From: the human T2T-CHM13v2.0 reference genome, Homo sapiens
Assembly: GCF_009914755.1 (NCBI RefSeq)
Contig: NC_060928.1
Length of the DNA stretch: 64,000 bases
Direction: 5' to 3' (one strand)
This document shows positions 39,908 to 60,871 of this stretch, piece by piece; within the stretch, counting starts at the first letter, position 1; each line of letters starts with the position of its first letter. The notes under the pieces are model-generated. The model did no database searches. It was not told the DNA's origin and saw only the letters and a list, made by a program, of their open reading frames with translations. A program made the position numbers and the translations under genes.

Positions 39908-41639
39908 AAGTTTAGGAAGAAATAAGAAAAATATTGAGAATAGGTAGCGACAGTAGGAAGTTTGACCTCCTGTAAGACTGATTCCAATAAAACTAATAGG
40001 TGATAGTTTTAATTGGCTTTTTCCTACTAGAAAAAGTAAGTGTACTTTACATGTCTCTTTGTTCTCCCTCTTTCCCCTTCAATTTAGTGGTTAGCGTGTA
40101 TTTACTATATCAGGCTTAATATTCACTAAGCAGTGTTAAGAAGACTTAGGTAAATGATTCCCTGATGAACACACTTGATTTTCAAAGCACTTTCCTAACC
40201 CATTTTTAATTGGAATAGAGTCAAAGGTAGATGGCTTATTATTAGTCATCTCATTTAAACCTCATGGAATTTTCCTGCTAAATCTCAAAGTAAACAATTT
40301 GTTATAGGCTGTTTTGTCAAGTGCATGGAAGGGACAGCATAAGACATGTGGTACTTCATTTCAACATTGCTTGAGATGGTTTTCATTATAATCATACATT
40401 ATTTGCTTCTGGTTTTCCAGAAAAGCCAGCTAAACCTGTGGTTCATTTAGATATAAATGAAATATCCTCAAAGGATTGCTCAAAGTGACTTATGCAACTT
40501 GAATATATATTTTTTTCTGTAGGGTGTTTATTCCAAATTATCTGGCCATTTGTGGCAATTTGCAGTATTTTAGAAAACACCAAATATTTTTCAAGTTAGA
40601 GATGTTTTAATAAAAACAGTCATATTGAACTGGAAGCAGCCAAATAAAATGGTCCTTTATTTCACAGTTGAGAATTTGAAATTGGAAGGTAATTAACATA
40701 TGTAAGGATGATGTATTTGCTGCCTGGCTTATAGGAATGAGCCAAGGTGTTTTTTGAGGGATGTTGTTGCTGTGTATGTCCCACCTATTTTGCTTCCTTA
40801 ATGAACAATGCAAGTTTGAGACAGAAATATTTGAGAACATTTTTATCAGTTGCGACATTTTGATAGTGAACATTTTATATCTTCTGTCAACTTAAAATGT
40901 TTGCATCTTCTGTCTGCTTAAAATGTTTAATTTGTTATAGCCAAATAATTTGGCTATAATTGATAATTTAATTTATCAAATTAAATTGCTTTTTTTCCCT
41001 TTAGACTTTCTTCAGTCACAACTGAATAAATCACTTAGAAGTAAGCTAGATGTAATATAATGAAATGCTTAAAAGGGCTGTGTATCTTCATATTACACTT
41101 ACAGTGACTTTCTGCTGTACCCATTATATTCTACCTGCAGCTAGTTGAGGTAAAGAGAGGGCATTTAACTGTCAAGGGAACCTCTGAGGAGACTGTAGAA
41201 ATCTGGAAAGTCTCTTGGGTCTTTGAGGGATTTTGGGATGCAGAGAGTGGGGCTGGGATCTCTGGCTAGGTTGGAGCCAGCCTGCATTTGTATCTTTATC
41301 TTGGAAGCAAACTTAGAATGCAGAGATAGATGTGGCCTGGATGCTGCTAACTCTAGCCAACCACTAAATCTTAAGGTGGGAGAGATGCAGGCTTTGGCTG
41401 GGTGCTAAGCTGCTGTAGCTGGTTGAATGTAGAGGTCACTATCTTTTCTGAATACTTGTAAGTAAATTAAATCATTCTCTACTCCTGTATGCCTGCCAAC
41501 CAAATGGGAAATCGCTATAGAAAAGATGGTTTAAATTTTAGTCTTTGAAGTGGTTAATGCACGTTTCTGGAATCAAGATTTAATGTGGACTTGGATTGGA
41601 TATTGAATATTTTTTATTTGTCTACTTTTCTCTCCTTAG

Positions 41640-41818
41640 GGAGCTTATAGCTTCATTGCACTGTGTGTGGCATTTGGGTCCTGTTTGGCAGCAATGACTG
41701 CCTTTCTGTTTAGTGTCTGTGTGCTATGAAGATTGCACACAGGGGTCCAGATGCATCCTGTTTTGAGAATGTTAATGGATACACCAGCTGCTGCTTTGGA
41801 TTTCACCCATTGGCGGTT
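41640..41818 (+). pseudogene. ASNS: Truncated unprocessed ASNS (asparagine synthetase) first coding exon
   Basis: A tctccttag acceptor, then from 41663 [51 protein letters not shown], versus [59 protein letters not shown]>GTG; TAG at 41711. Confidence 0.93.
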
Positions 41819-41819
41819 T

Positions 41820-41976
41820 CTATAAAAACTTTAGACACAGTGAGCCACTCTTCTCACGGAATGGTGGAAACCCTCCCAATTCCAATTTCCTAAACACCAG
41901 CCAAGGGCCAGCCTTGCATGCAGGCCTTTCTAAGGATGGCAGTCTCTTGCCTGTTATATGAAATCTTTTCTGCACA
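41820..41976 (-). mobile_element. MER21-type LTR terminal fragment
   Basis: ccagccaagggccagccttgc..caggcctttctaaggat..cttttctgcaca. Confidence 0.6.
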
Positions 41977-42529
41977 CTTTGTATAGCCCCAACTTAATTT
42001 TTGGTGTTGTTTTAAAATTTCATTTTAATAACATAATATTATAAGATAAGGTAACTTGGTACTAATTTCTGTTGTATGATCCATTTTAAGTTGCAGCGCT
42101 GGTTACTTTTTTGACTTTCAGTGACGAACAGCTATTTGTACATAAGTTACCATAGCAATGTTAGGTAATTATAATCTGTCCTATTTATCTCATTTACCTT
42201 TCAGTAAAATTGTTAAATAAGCAAAATAAATTCTGAGTTAAAATTAGAATAAAAATTGTCTTTTATTTGGATTACATGAATAATCTAGTTTTCATATTGT
42301 GCTAAAGCCCTGCTTAGAATTATGAAATAAGATAAAATATTCAATCATTTTTATCAATATTTTCTTACCTAAGCATGCAATTAAATTTATTTATTTTATA
42401 TATTTTATATACTTCAATTTGAGAAATAATGACCACGTGTTGTTACTTTGGTCTTCAATGATCTCTAATTTTTAGGGTCACCGTGTCTTGCTTAAATATA
42501 TCATAGTAACAGGTTCAGTGAATATCTTT

Positions 42530-43652
<1,123 letters not shown>

Positions 43653-44674
43653 AGAGTGGATATCTTTTTGAGTAGTTAAAAAATTAAAGCTCCATGGCAG
43701 TTGAATGTAGTCATTTAAGATGTTCTTTGTCCTTTTGTTTTTCTTTTGCTTCTTTATCATTGTAAAGAATGATGTATTCTGATGAGATATGATTTTACAT
43801 ACTTAGAAAACATGATTTTTATAGATATGTGGCACATAATAGAAAGGGTTGAGGAAAAGGACATCACGCCGTACTACACAGCACAACCTGGAGCATCTTG
43901 CTCTGTGAGGTGGGTCCAGATAGACTCTTTAGCAATGGAAGGGGACAAGTGTAAAGGGTTGTGCTTTATAAAACTGGAATCACAAAGTCTTTCATACTTA
44001 CCTTCGGTTGGAAATAAGACCAGGCAGTGAATGCTATTAGGTAAATACATAAGTTCCTCACTGATCCTCTTCCTTTGAGGGATGAGGTTGACAACAGCCT
44101 GTATTATGATGACATGACTCACCTAAAAATAGATTCTGTCATGAGAGATGACAAGGGAGTTTTGCTTTATGCGAGGTGAAAAAAATTTTTTCTCCTACTA
44201 GGGAGATGGGCAAGCATTAGAACATTCTGGTAGTAAAAGGGCATTGATAATTTTCTTTCTATATATTTTTTCACATCAGATAATATTGCCCGGCAGCCTG
44301 CCATACCTCCCCAGTGTTTATTCAGCTTCTCTCTGAATGTGGATAAGCTCTTAAAGGAGTGATCTTTCCAGTGGTTCTTTCTGTGGGAGGTAAAATGGCA
44401 GGTGAATTTGGGCCTTGTTATACGTAGGCCAGAGCAAATAGCTACAACTAAGGAAACCACCCAGCACCTTACCCAGAAGAGTATTAGCCAGAGTAACACA
44501 CTGATCTCTCTTGAGATCTTCTCCACTGGTGGCTGGAAAGTCTTTGCAAGGATTCCTGTTTCTGGTCTGATTCCTATGTTTTGTTAGTTTCTGGTGATAG
44601 CATGTTTTATTCTAAACTAAACAGTTTGAACTGAAGAGCTAGAGAGACTGTGTTGCGTTATAACAAAATAAGTG

Positions 44675-45020
44675 CAGTAACTACACCTTAACTGTGGGAG
44701 ATACATTCCAAGACCCCCAGTGCATGCATGAAACCATGGATAGTACTGAATCACAAGCTGTTTTTCCCTATACATACATATCTATGACAAAGTTTAATTT
44801 ATAAATTAAATTAAATCCGATGTTATCTGTAGATAAGGTGTGAGAATTGAATTGTGTCATCAGCAGGAATGATTGCTTGTTTGTTGGTGGGGAAAAACTC
44901 TCCACACATTTGGTCACAGAAGCCTTCTTTGTTGATGATTGTTGCTGTGGTGTGACAGCAGAGAAAAACGTGTCAAGTATGTCTTTCTGCACATATAGTG
45001 GATAAGGGGTACTAGTGTAT
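44675..45020 (+). mobile_element. MER44/Tigger7-type element with an internal MER21-like LTR piece
   Basis: gatacattccaagacccccagtg..tttcctatacatacata..aagtttaatttataaatt; 3' end gtggataaggggtactagtgta. Confidence 0.6.
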
Positions 45021-48000
45021 ACTCTGTTGTAATGGCCCCTCATATTTTGGTCCAGAAATCATGCTCTTTGACACTGTTGACTCATCACACCTGTTCTGCT
45101 AACAATACCATTTTTACTCAATCTCATAGGGTTTGGCTAGGATGACTTGTATACTGCAGTTCACTTGTAGATACCAAATTTTAATAAATGTATTCTTCTT
45201 TGCATCTAATAAATACAGAGGGAAGAGTTCTTACTGCATTAATTACCTACCAATACATATAATGAATGTTAATTCTAATAACGTCCCAGGCATGCTCCCA
45301 AAGGAATGCTTTGTAACAAAGCGTCAGTCTTATGCTTTAAAAAACCAAACCAAACCAAAACAACAACAACAACAACAACAACAAAAAACAGGATCTAAAG
45401 CATACACACAAGTGTGCACAATTTTTTTATGAAGGTAGAGTCTTACTATGTTTCCCAAGCTGGTCTCAAACTTCTGGGCTCCTCAAGTGATCCTCTTGCC
45501 TCATCCTCCCAAGTAGTTTGGATTAGAGGCATGCATCACTGTGCATTCTTATGATTTTAATATTCTGTACATTTATTATTGATTTAAAATGCATTTTACC
45601 TTTTTCTTTAATAGATGTTGGAATTTCTGATGAATCTGCAGTCAGGTAAGATTTTATAGATTTAAAAAATTATGTTAACTAAGAAAATATAGATGGAAGA
45701 AACTAATATCTGTTGAGTGTTGTATTCTGGGCTAGACATCCTAATATGTTCTATGCATTTATCATCTCATAAAGCCATCATAACATCTGTGTTCCTATAA
45801 CCTACTGTTAAATAAACAACTATGGATTAGAGCTGATTAATTGCCTCATGATCCCATAGTTAACAAAGTAGCTGGCCTACAGTTTGACCATCAGCCTGCC
45901 TGCCTTCCAAATCCTTTCTCTTGCTCCTCAGCATAGATTGATAGATATCTGTGCAGCCCTTGGATCAAAGTATAGGTCTGAATCAGATCAATCGGATTCA
46001 TTAATTTGATTAACTTCTAAATTAATGAGAGTTTAAATACCTTGAACTCTCATTTAAGTTTATTGTTAGAATGTGGTTAGTCCTAATAAATTTGACGATT
46101 TCAGTGGTAACTAGTATCTTATTTTTACCTTCAAAGGCTCTAGGGCAGATCTGACTTAGCTTTGGCCATAGGACTGTAAGTTTTACCAAAGCAAGTTTAG
46201 GCAAGTCTTAGAGACAAATTATTTGACTTCCCAGTTTGGTTTTCCATTTAGGCAAGTATTTCTGCTTACTTCCATAATACATTTTTTAGTCTTGTTGCTT
46301 TTTCCATGACTTTTATATAATCTTGTCTTCATTTTTTAAAACTTTCTTCTCTGTTATTCTTGGTGTTTCTTTTGTTCTATTATTTTTTCAAACTCTGCTG
46401 CCTATGTATTCCAAGTTTTCCTATAGACAGAATCAAGAGGACATAGAATTACAGAATTTTAAGGAATCTTGGAATGAATTAAAATACCTTCTAGTATTTT
46501 TATCTGCGTTGAACATTCTGGTCAAGTGATTCTCTAGATAGAGAATGTGAGGCTCAAAGAGATTAGGAAGCTTTTTTTTTTTTAGACATAGGAATTGGCA
46601 GAAATGAGATTTGAACTCATGGTAAAGCCCAGTACTCTTGCTTCTTTTTATGTCCTATTGGCGTGTGTTTTAATAATACAAACGGGAGTGAGCCTGTGGA
46701 TAGAATGAGAATGGAATTAGCTGGTGAACCCAATGGAAGTAGATAAGAATGGAATGAGCAGGGGAAGTCCAAGTTTGAAGATAAACAACACTGGATTGGA
46801 TAGGAGTACGGACTCTTCTACAAGAGATCAAAGTATTGGGGTTTATGACAAGTTTGATAAAGATAAATTATAAAAATGAAGGACACAAGATGTTGGCAAT
46901 TATCTACAAAGGCACATTAAAATAGAAGGTTCAAGGGAGCTCTAAAAATTTTGCTGCTTTTTTTTTTTAAATCAAGGACTGACAAACTTGAAGATTTTTA
47001 CTGAAAGATGCCAAAACATTTTGAGACACTGGGAAGAATGTCTACAGCAGATAGAAATGTGGTGTCATCTACTTCCATCCTGACTTACAAAGGGGTGGCT
47101 TAGAGCCCCTGGAGTACTAAGGGGCTGGAAATTGCTGAACTACATAGATGTGTGGCACAGGGCAGGTGTCTCCTCACCTCTGCCTCTTTTCACAGTTCAC
47201 TGATGTCCTTCCCATGTCCAGGTGGGCTGGGTCAGGGGCATGATTAGCTGGCAAATCAGTCATGGAGTTCAGTTGGGTAGTTGGTAGTGTGTATAGCTGG
47301 TGGCAGGTGATGGAGACTCCAGTTAGCTTGTTTTTCAGGAGCAGGGATATAGAGAGCTCCTACTCCTGGTCATTTGAGGCCATTCTTTCAGGAATCTGTG
47401 CTTTCATACACTGAAGATTTGAAGATTGGAGACTTCTGTGGAACCCTGCAGAAGTAGAATCTGGAAGTGGGTGTCCATAGGAAGAAATATACTTAGATAG
47501 TACTTAGGGAAATAGAGGTACAACTATCATGACACTGTTTCTTTTCTCGCAGTCTCTCTCCTTGGGTGTCTGAGTGCCTATGAAAATTTTTAAGGGCTTG
47601 CTAGTTTATGTGGACCTGAATAAGGTAGGACCTATAGAGTGAAAATAATGGGATTTTATAATTGTTAATATTTTAATCTTTCTGGGAAAAGTATTCTCAA
47701 TAAGAACATACACCTTTGCTATTTGACTTCTGTACATTTAGCTTTCATACATTTCAAATATTGTGGGGGCTTTCCTGTACCAATTTAGGGTAAAGGAAAG
47801 CAATAGGACCTTCCTAAGTTGGATCCAGGCTGAGGAATCAAGACTACCATTTTGAAGTGATGTAGATTAGTCTTTTATCCAGAGACAGATCACGGAAAAG
47901 AGACAGTGGATCTTTCTACCTTGTTTTAGGTCATCAGTTTTATTCCAGTTTAGGGAACAAAATTTATGTCATCCATTAATTGAATTTTAAGTTCAGCTTC

Positions 48001-49324
48001 AGAACAGATAATTTGTGAGGGCACATTATTGTCAGGCTCTGCCAATATATTGACTGTCACTATTTGTTATAAACCTCAAGGTTAGTTTTCATTGAATATT
48101 TTATAGATTTAGACAGGTGGAGGCAGAAATAGGTAACTAAAATCTATTTTTAGAACAGAGGACATATTTTAATTATATCAAGAATCATAATTTAATATAT
48201 AGATCACTGACCTTTCCCCAGATTATGTTTTCCTTTTTTTGAGGGGGAAGCTGGATATAAACTGGCAGTTGAAAAAATTATAAAGAAATCAACTTGCTCA
48301 TTTTCATTGTGTATTTTTGCTCTCAAGCATTTTGCATGAACTGTGTGTGGATTCATTGCCTACATTGGATGATGAAGACTTGAGTGTTGCTACTAAGGTA
48401 AAGTGGTCTCTTGTAAAATTAATCTTCTCACTCTGAGTGTAGTTTTGCATAGTATTTACTTTTCAAATTTAGCAGTGGTTTACCTATCATTGTTTTATGG
48501 TGTTAATGGAAAGCTGGTCAGAGAAAAACATACACATGGCTAGTTGATTCAAAAAATGTGTTTAACTTTGGTAACTAATAAAGATTGGTAAGTACTGTGA
48601 CAGGGTGGGAGCTGAAAAATAAATGAACTGGAAAATAAGTAGTCACAGGAAAATCACATTAGGAAATGCTTTCTCCAATAGAGGAAATATGAAATTTGGT
48701 TAAACTTCATTTGGATAAATACTAATACTTTGACTTTTAAATCATACGAGTGTGACTTTCTTAATATTTATTCCTGTATAAATCTTCAGTGGATCAAATT
48801 GTTTGCAGTAATCATGGAATCCTCCTGGTAATTTTTAGTGGCAAAAATGTTCAGCACATAGCATATAGCTTTTGTTCTTGGAAACTTATCATTTTGGTGT
48901 CATATAGTTTTTAGGAGAGATTGTTTCTCTACTTATATTATTGGTTCTGTAGTGAGACTAAAAATGTATTAAAAATTGTAGAAAAATAGCTGAGTTTGGT
49001 GGTGTACACCTGTAGTCCCTGCTACTTGGGAGTTTGAGACAGTAAAATTGCTTGAACACAGGAGTTTGAGAACAGCCTGGGCAACATTGTATCTGATTTA
49101 AAAATATAAATTGTGGAAATGTAGAAATTTAAATTTATGTTCTCAAGATTTGTATTGCAAAGGGGTTTTTATGTGATTTATGAGTTGTCCATGAAGAGTT
49201 TATATAAAACACTTCATCTAATTGAATAACATGTATTTTCCTGAAAATAACCAGTTCTAGAAGCAGAGACTCTTAATACCAATATGGTAAGTCTTTATCA
49301 TGATAATTTTGTCATTGTAGTTTA

Positions 49325-50125
<801 letters not shown>

Positions 50126-50493
50126 TTAATAGCTGTTTAATCTGAATAAATAAACAAATGAATTTTTATATAATGGAATGTTATAAGTAATATAATAAAC
50201 CTAATGTATCTAATCATTAAATATTGTATTTAAAATATTGCTTACATTGTATTATTTTTTAATATTTAAGGGTGTATAAGTTTTGACATGTTATGTTGAG
50301 AAATTATGCCATAATTAAAAAAGAAATAAAAGAGAAATAGGTCATCGGTAGCAAAGAGGGTTACAATATATTTTCTAGTATCATTCAACTGGAATCTTAA
50401 CATTGAGATTTTAGATTAACATTTCTTAAGCTTTTTATTAGACCCAACTCATGTTCCATTAAATATACCGTTTCAAGCCATACATTACTCTTT

Positions 50494-51266
50494 ATTATTG
50501 TTATTATACTTTAAGTTCTAGGGTACATGTGCACAACGTGCAGGTTTGTTAAATATGTATACATGTGCCATGTTGGTGTGCTGCACCCATTAACTCGTCA
50601 TTTATATTAGGTATATCTCCTAATGCTATTCCTCCCCTCTCCCCCCACCCCATGACAGGCCCTGGTGTGTGATGTTCCCCATCCTGTGTCCAAGTGTTCT
50701 CATTGTTCAGTTCCCACCTATGAGTGAGAATATGCGGTGTTTGGTTTTCTGTCCTTGCAACAGTTTGCTCAGAATGATGGTTTCCAGCTTCATCCATGTC
50801 CCTACAAAGGACATGAACTCATCATTTTTTATGCTGCATAGTATTCCATGGTGTGTAAGTGCCACATTTTCTTAATCCAGTCTATCATTGATGGGCATAT
50901 GGGTTGGTTCCAAGTCTTTGCTATTGTGAATAGTGCCACAATAAACATACATGTGCATGTGTCTTTATAGCAGCATGATTTATAATCCTTTGCATATATA
51001 TCCAGTAATGGGATGGCTGGATCAAATGGTATTTCTAATTCTTGATCCTTGAGGAATCTCCACACTGTCTTCCACAATGGTTGAACTAGTTTACAGTCCC
51101 ACCAACAGTGTAAAAGTGTTCCTATTTCTCCACATCCTCTCCAGCACCTGTTGTTTCCTGACTTTTTAATGATTGCCATTCTAACTGGTGTGAAATGATA
51201 TCTCATAGTGGTTTCGATTTGCATTTCTCTGATGACCAGTGATGATGAGCATTTTTTCATGTGTCT
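50494..51266 (-). mobile_element. 5'-truncated primate L1PA 3' end with a perfect TSD
   Basis: ORF2 C-terminus [54 protein letters not shown]; TSD gccatacattactcttta at 50477 and 51267. Confidence 0.95.
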
Positions 51267-51654
51267 GCCATACATTACTCTTTAGAATTCTGGTGATCAA
51301 TTCTTTTTCTGGGTGGAAAGTTGATGGAAAGTTCCAGTTTTCTCTCTCTGTTATAATAATGTTCTTTCAGGTAATGGCAGATGACCATATTTAGCTAATT
51401 GAATGTCTTATAGTAAGAAACACTATCACAGAAGTACTTACAAAAAAGTAATTGCAGCATAAATATTAATTAGTATTATCAGAGTTATGAAAGACCGAAG
51501 GCTCTGTTATAGATCTATTTCCCCATGTACTTTATTGTACTTCATGTTTTTCATTTTCTTTCTTGGCTTAAGCTCATATTTCATTGACTAATTAGGTTTG
51601 TTTTTTGTTTGTATCTCTCTTTGTTCTCACATTTTAAATTGAAATTTTTGGGGA

Positions 51655-52806
<1,152 letters not shown>

Positions 52807-55800
52807 CTAAAGAAAATGTCCTATTAACTGTATCATAAGTAAAAGAGAAATGAAATGGTGATAAGTGGTGTCTCTAACCAAGGGTCAGCAGTTGATTCTA
52901 TTGGAAGTACCACTAAAGGAGCTGAGTTATGAGTTCCATTTTAACATACTCTTAAGACCTGAGGCAAGTCAGGAGAGAGGGAAGAGGAAATGAATAAAAG
53001 AGAAAGAAAGAATGAGGAGGGCAGAGTGTACATGGAATAAATAAAAAAAGTGGATGTATGTAATGGAGGGTAGTAAAGTCAAATTGATCTGTAGAAGAAG
53101 GAAGAACAGGGTGTTAGAAATAGGAAGGAAGATAAAGTGAGCTTCCAGTACCAAAATGTGTCATATAGTTACAGTAACATTTTCCTTCTCTTGCTGTCAT
53201 TGTCGCTACTGGGGAGGCATTAAGGATTGAGGTACTTTACCATGCAGACCTGTGTTTTATCTACCATAGATGAACATCACCGTAAATGGTCAGCCATGTA
53301 TGGCTATAATTTGTTTTTATAGAAAATGTTGTAACTTCATAGGATAGTATCATATTAACATAATTGAAAATAATAGTGTTGGGTGATTTATTGGGAAGAA
53401 ATTAATTAGAGAAGTTTTGCCTGATTAAAAGTTCATTAGAAACATTATGGCTTATAACGTAGTATTAAATTCAGGGACATAATAGGAAAGAAGTTGAGGC
53501 TAGGCCAAAAAGGCCAATTAGGATAAACCAATATGGAAGCACACCAGTGTAGAACAGGACATTCAAATTGTCATGAATTCGTTGAGGAGCTTCTGGAAAG
53601 TGCACATTCTGACTCAGCAGGTATTGGAGTCTGCATTTCTCATGAGCACTCAGGTGATGTTTGTGCTGGTCCTTGGACACAGCTCTGAATAGCAAGGGAA
53701 TAGCCTTCCTTTAGAGAAATCTGGAAAAAGAACCACTGGAGAGCAATTTAAAAATTAACAGAATCCAGGGAAAGCTTTAATTTCCTTTTATTTCTGAGCA
53801 TGATTCTAGCCACAGGGGAAGGAAAATGAGATGAAAAAAGAGAGATTACAGGTGTATACTACTGCTGAATACGGATGAAAAAAGTGGTCACAATCATCCA
53901 TAAAAAGCAGTTAGGAAGGGAAGCATCAGGATGAGAGTTCTGATAATCATTTTTTCAAAGGAAGAGGGATGGTGAAAGGACACAAAAGGAGGAAAGAAAG
54001 ACATTTGCTGGGGTCTTGGGAGTTAAAGCCAAGTAAACTTGAGACAACTCACTTCCAGTTGCTTCAGCATATGCCCAGTCTCACAAAAGAGGTTATTGCT
54101 GTGGAGAGTACTGGAGACAGGAGGGAGTGCTAGAGTTGGGGTAAACCACAGCAGCTCATTTCACTTGATAACTGTCAGGCCTCAGGGAGAGAAGTTTCAC
54201 TGACATGAGTGAATAAGATATGATTAAGTTGCATATAGATGCTTTGGCGAAATTTTTTTGAGACAGCCAGTTCTTTGATATGATAGCTGTTTTATAAAAG
54301 TCCTTTACAGTGTAAGATAATATACCAAACTTAGTTAATTTTAGAAGTAATCATAAAATTCATTCCATGAAAACCAAAATTATCATTTTCAATAAATACT
54401 GCACTGATTTTGAAATATAAATATGTATTAATATCCAGCAAGTCTGTGGTCATTCAATGTTTTCTTTTTTGATAAATATTTTGATATCAGAAGCTTATTC
54501 GACATGGTTTATTTGATGTGTTTTATGGACCACCTTGCATGAGTGGATCAAGGAGCTCTAATTCAAGGCCAAGTGAGGGGATAGGAGAAATGTAGGTGCT
54601 GCAGTAGCCAGTAGCCCATGTGATCATGGGAAAAATGAGTAGTTTGATTAGCTGTTATTTCATAAGTGTGTATCCTAGCTGATCAATGTAGAACCCTTTC
54701 TTTGATGAGAGGTGAATCACACATTCACCTGAACTGTCATCCCAACTGCGTATTTCCTCAGTGACAAGACAAGGGGAATTTGTTTGTGCTGTGCTGGCAG
54801 CAGTGCCTCTGGTGTGTGGAGTTAAAATACTCTGTACATTCACCATCAGCTTTGACATTGATTCTCTCAGGTTTGATTTGTCCCTCTGTTTAATGGTCCC
54901 TTTTCTCCTCATCAGTCCACGTGTTCACGGTTATATCAATGCTTTTCTATTTTAAGTATAGGCATTTGAAACATAATCTCACTACTGAAATGTAAACTGT
55001 GCATTTTGGGAATCCTATATTCCTATTTTCCTCATTGTGTTTCTGTCATGTTGCTGTCCTAGGCAATGAAAATAAGAAGCCAAGAAGTAATTATTTTTAT
55101 AGTCTTAAGTAATTATTTTTATAGCCAGGCCTGAGAATTCAGCTCGACAGTAACACTGCATGAATGTTTGGTTGGCCCTGTCATACTTACATATAATTGA
55201 TGACATATCCCCTTTGCTTTGTAGGGCCTCCTGCAAAACATCCTTCCTTGAAGGTAATTAATTATGTATATTTTTGAATCACTAACTCCATGTTGTATAA
55301 AATATATGTGATTTATGAATCGTTTTCTTTTAAAACTCATTCAGCCTAGCACTGAAGTGGAAGATCCTGCTGTGAAAGGAGCAGTACAAAGAAAGAATGT
55401 ATAGACATTGAGAGCAGGTACATTTAATAGAATACTGGAAATAAAGTACATTCAATGATTGGATGTACTCATATTATTCTTATTCCTAATTCTATTTGTT
55501 CAATATTGAACACAAGGCATTGACATAAATGTTATTGTTGGTATCTATATTTGAATAGAAACAAATTTAGAAGCATAAAAAAGATTTTAAAAATGTAAGC
55601 TTTAAGTCAGATGTTTCTGTTTTAATGTTTTGAATAGCATGAAGTTTTCAGTATAAAATTTTTATACTTGTCAGTGATTCAAAGCAGTGAATTTTGAGAT
55701 TCTTAAGATATTTCCAGTGAGTTAAGTGCTAGTTGGAGTTCTGATCTTTACCTAGAGGAAAGCTTTACTTATTAAAGTGTTAGTTTCTGTTTTAACTTCA

Positions 55801-56904
55801 GAGGCTTGCTGCTAGTGTTATTACACTGATGATCTGAAGCCTATCAGATGTTCTAATGAGCAAGACTGTGTGTGTAGGTGTATATATAGATGTGTGTATG
55901 CGTGCGCTTGTGGCATCTTTGACTATTACAAATGACGAAAGTAATGATTCATTTATGACTGGTAGACACAGTCTTTTAAAATGGTGATTTTGAGCCTTTT
56001 TGGTGTTAAAGTTTTTAAAACATGATTGCATAGAGGCTACCAACATCATAAGTTGGTTGTTTTTCATTTCAATGTCCTTTTGAAATCTTTAACTACATTG
56101 TGATGCTCAGAAATAATATGCAGAATTTTTTGTGTCCTAAAGTGGTATGTGAGTGGTTATATACTTTATATACCTTTCTGCCACTTTCTTTGGTGTGTTT
56201 TGTATTATATTTTCCACTTGTACCCACATTGGTGTGATTATCTCTGGTTTAATTCATTTTACACTGTTCATTGTATTCCCTCATACCACTTTACCACATT
56301 TAGTTAGACTCTCCTGTTGCTGATAAATGAAGAAATAAAAAGAAAAATAATGTCAGATTAAGAGGGCTTTTCTTTAATCGGTTTGTATCTATTAGCATTT
56401 ACTATATGAGAGTTTAAACCTGAAAAGTTCAGAATACAAGCATGCACCACCATATTTTATTAATGCCCTTAGAACTATGACTCATGAGCCTTTAGCCTAT
56501 GAAGTTAGGACAATTCATTTCTCTGAAGAAGAATGCTGGGCTGTTCTCAGAAAAGAAAACTGAAAATAGCAAGTGATATTGTCTTATTTTACCTCTTGGA
56601 CATCCTTGAATGAAACTGCTACTAAAGGGATACTTGGATCAAAATTCAGATCTAATGTTTTGAACAGTATACTTTGTGAATGTCCAGTGATCATGAGCCC
56701 TTGATGGGGAAATGACCTTTTGAGTTTCACTTTTGCATTTTTTGCTCTTTTCGTTGACTTGTCTTGAAAGCTTAAATTCGACTATTTTATTTTTACAGAA
56801 ACCAGGAATATAACTTTTAAAATATATGTCTGTCCTGTCTCACGGTGTTGTGTACTCTTCAGATCTTGTATGAACATAGACTTATATGGGAACAATTAGG
56901 TTTT

Positions 56905-60871
<3,967 letters not shown>

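Noticed and set aside
50829-51275. 148-aa ORF and other L1/Alu-derived ORFs (e.g. 6690-7331, 18370-19005)
   Set aside because: Fragments of truncated retrotransposons; no full-length L1 present
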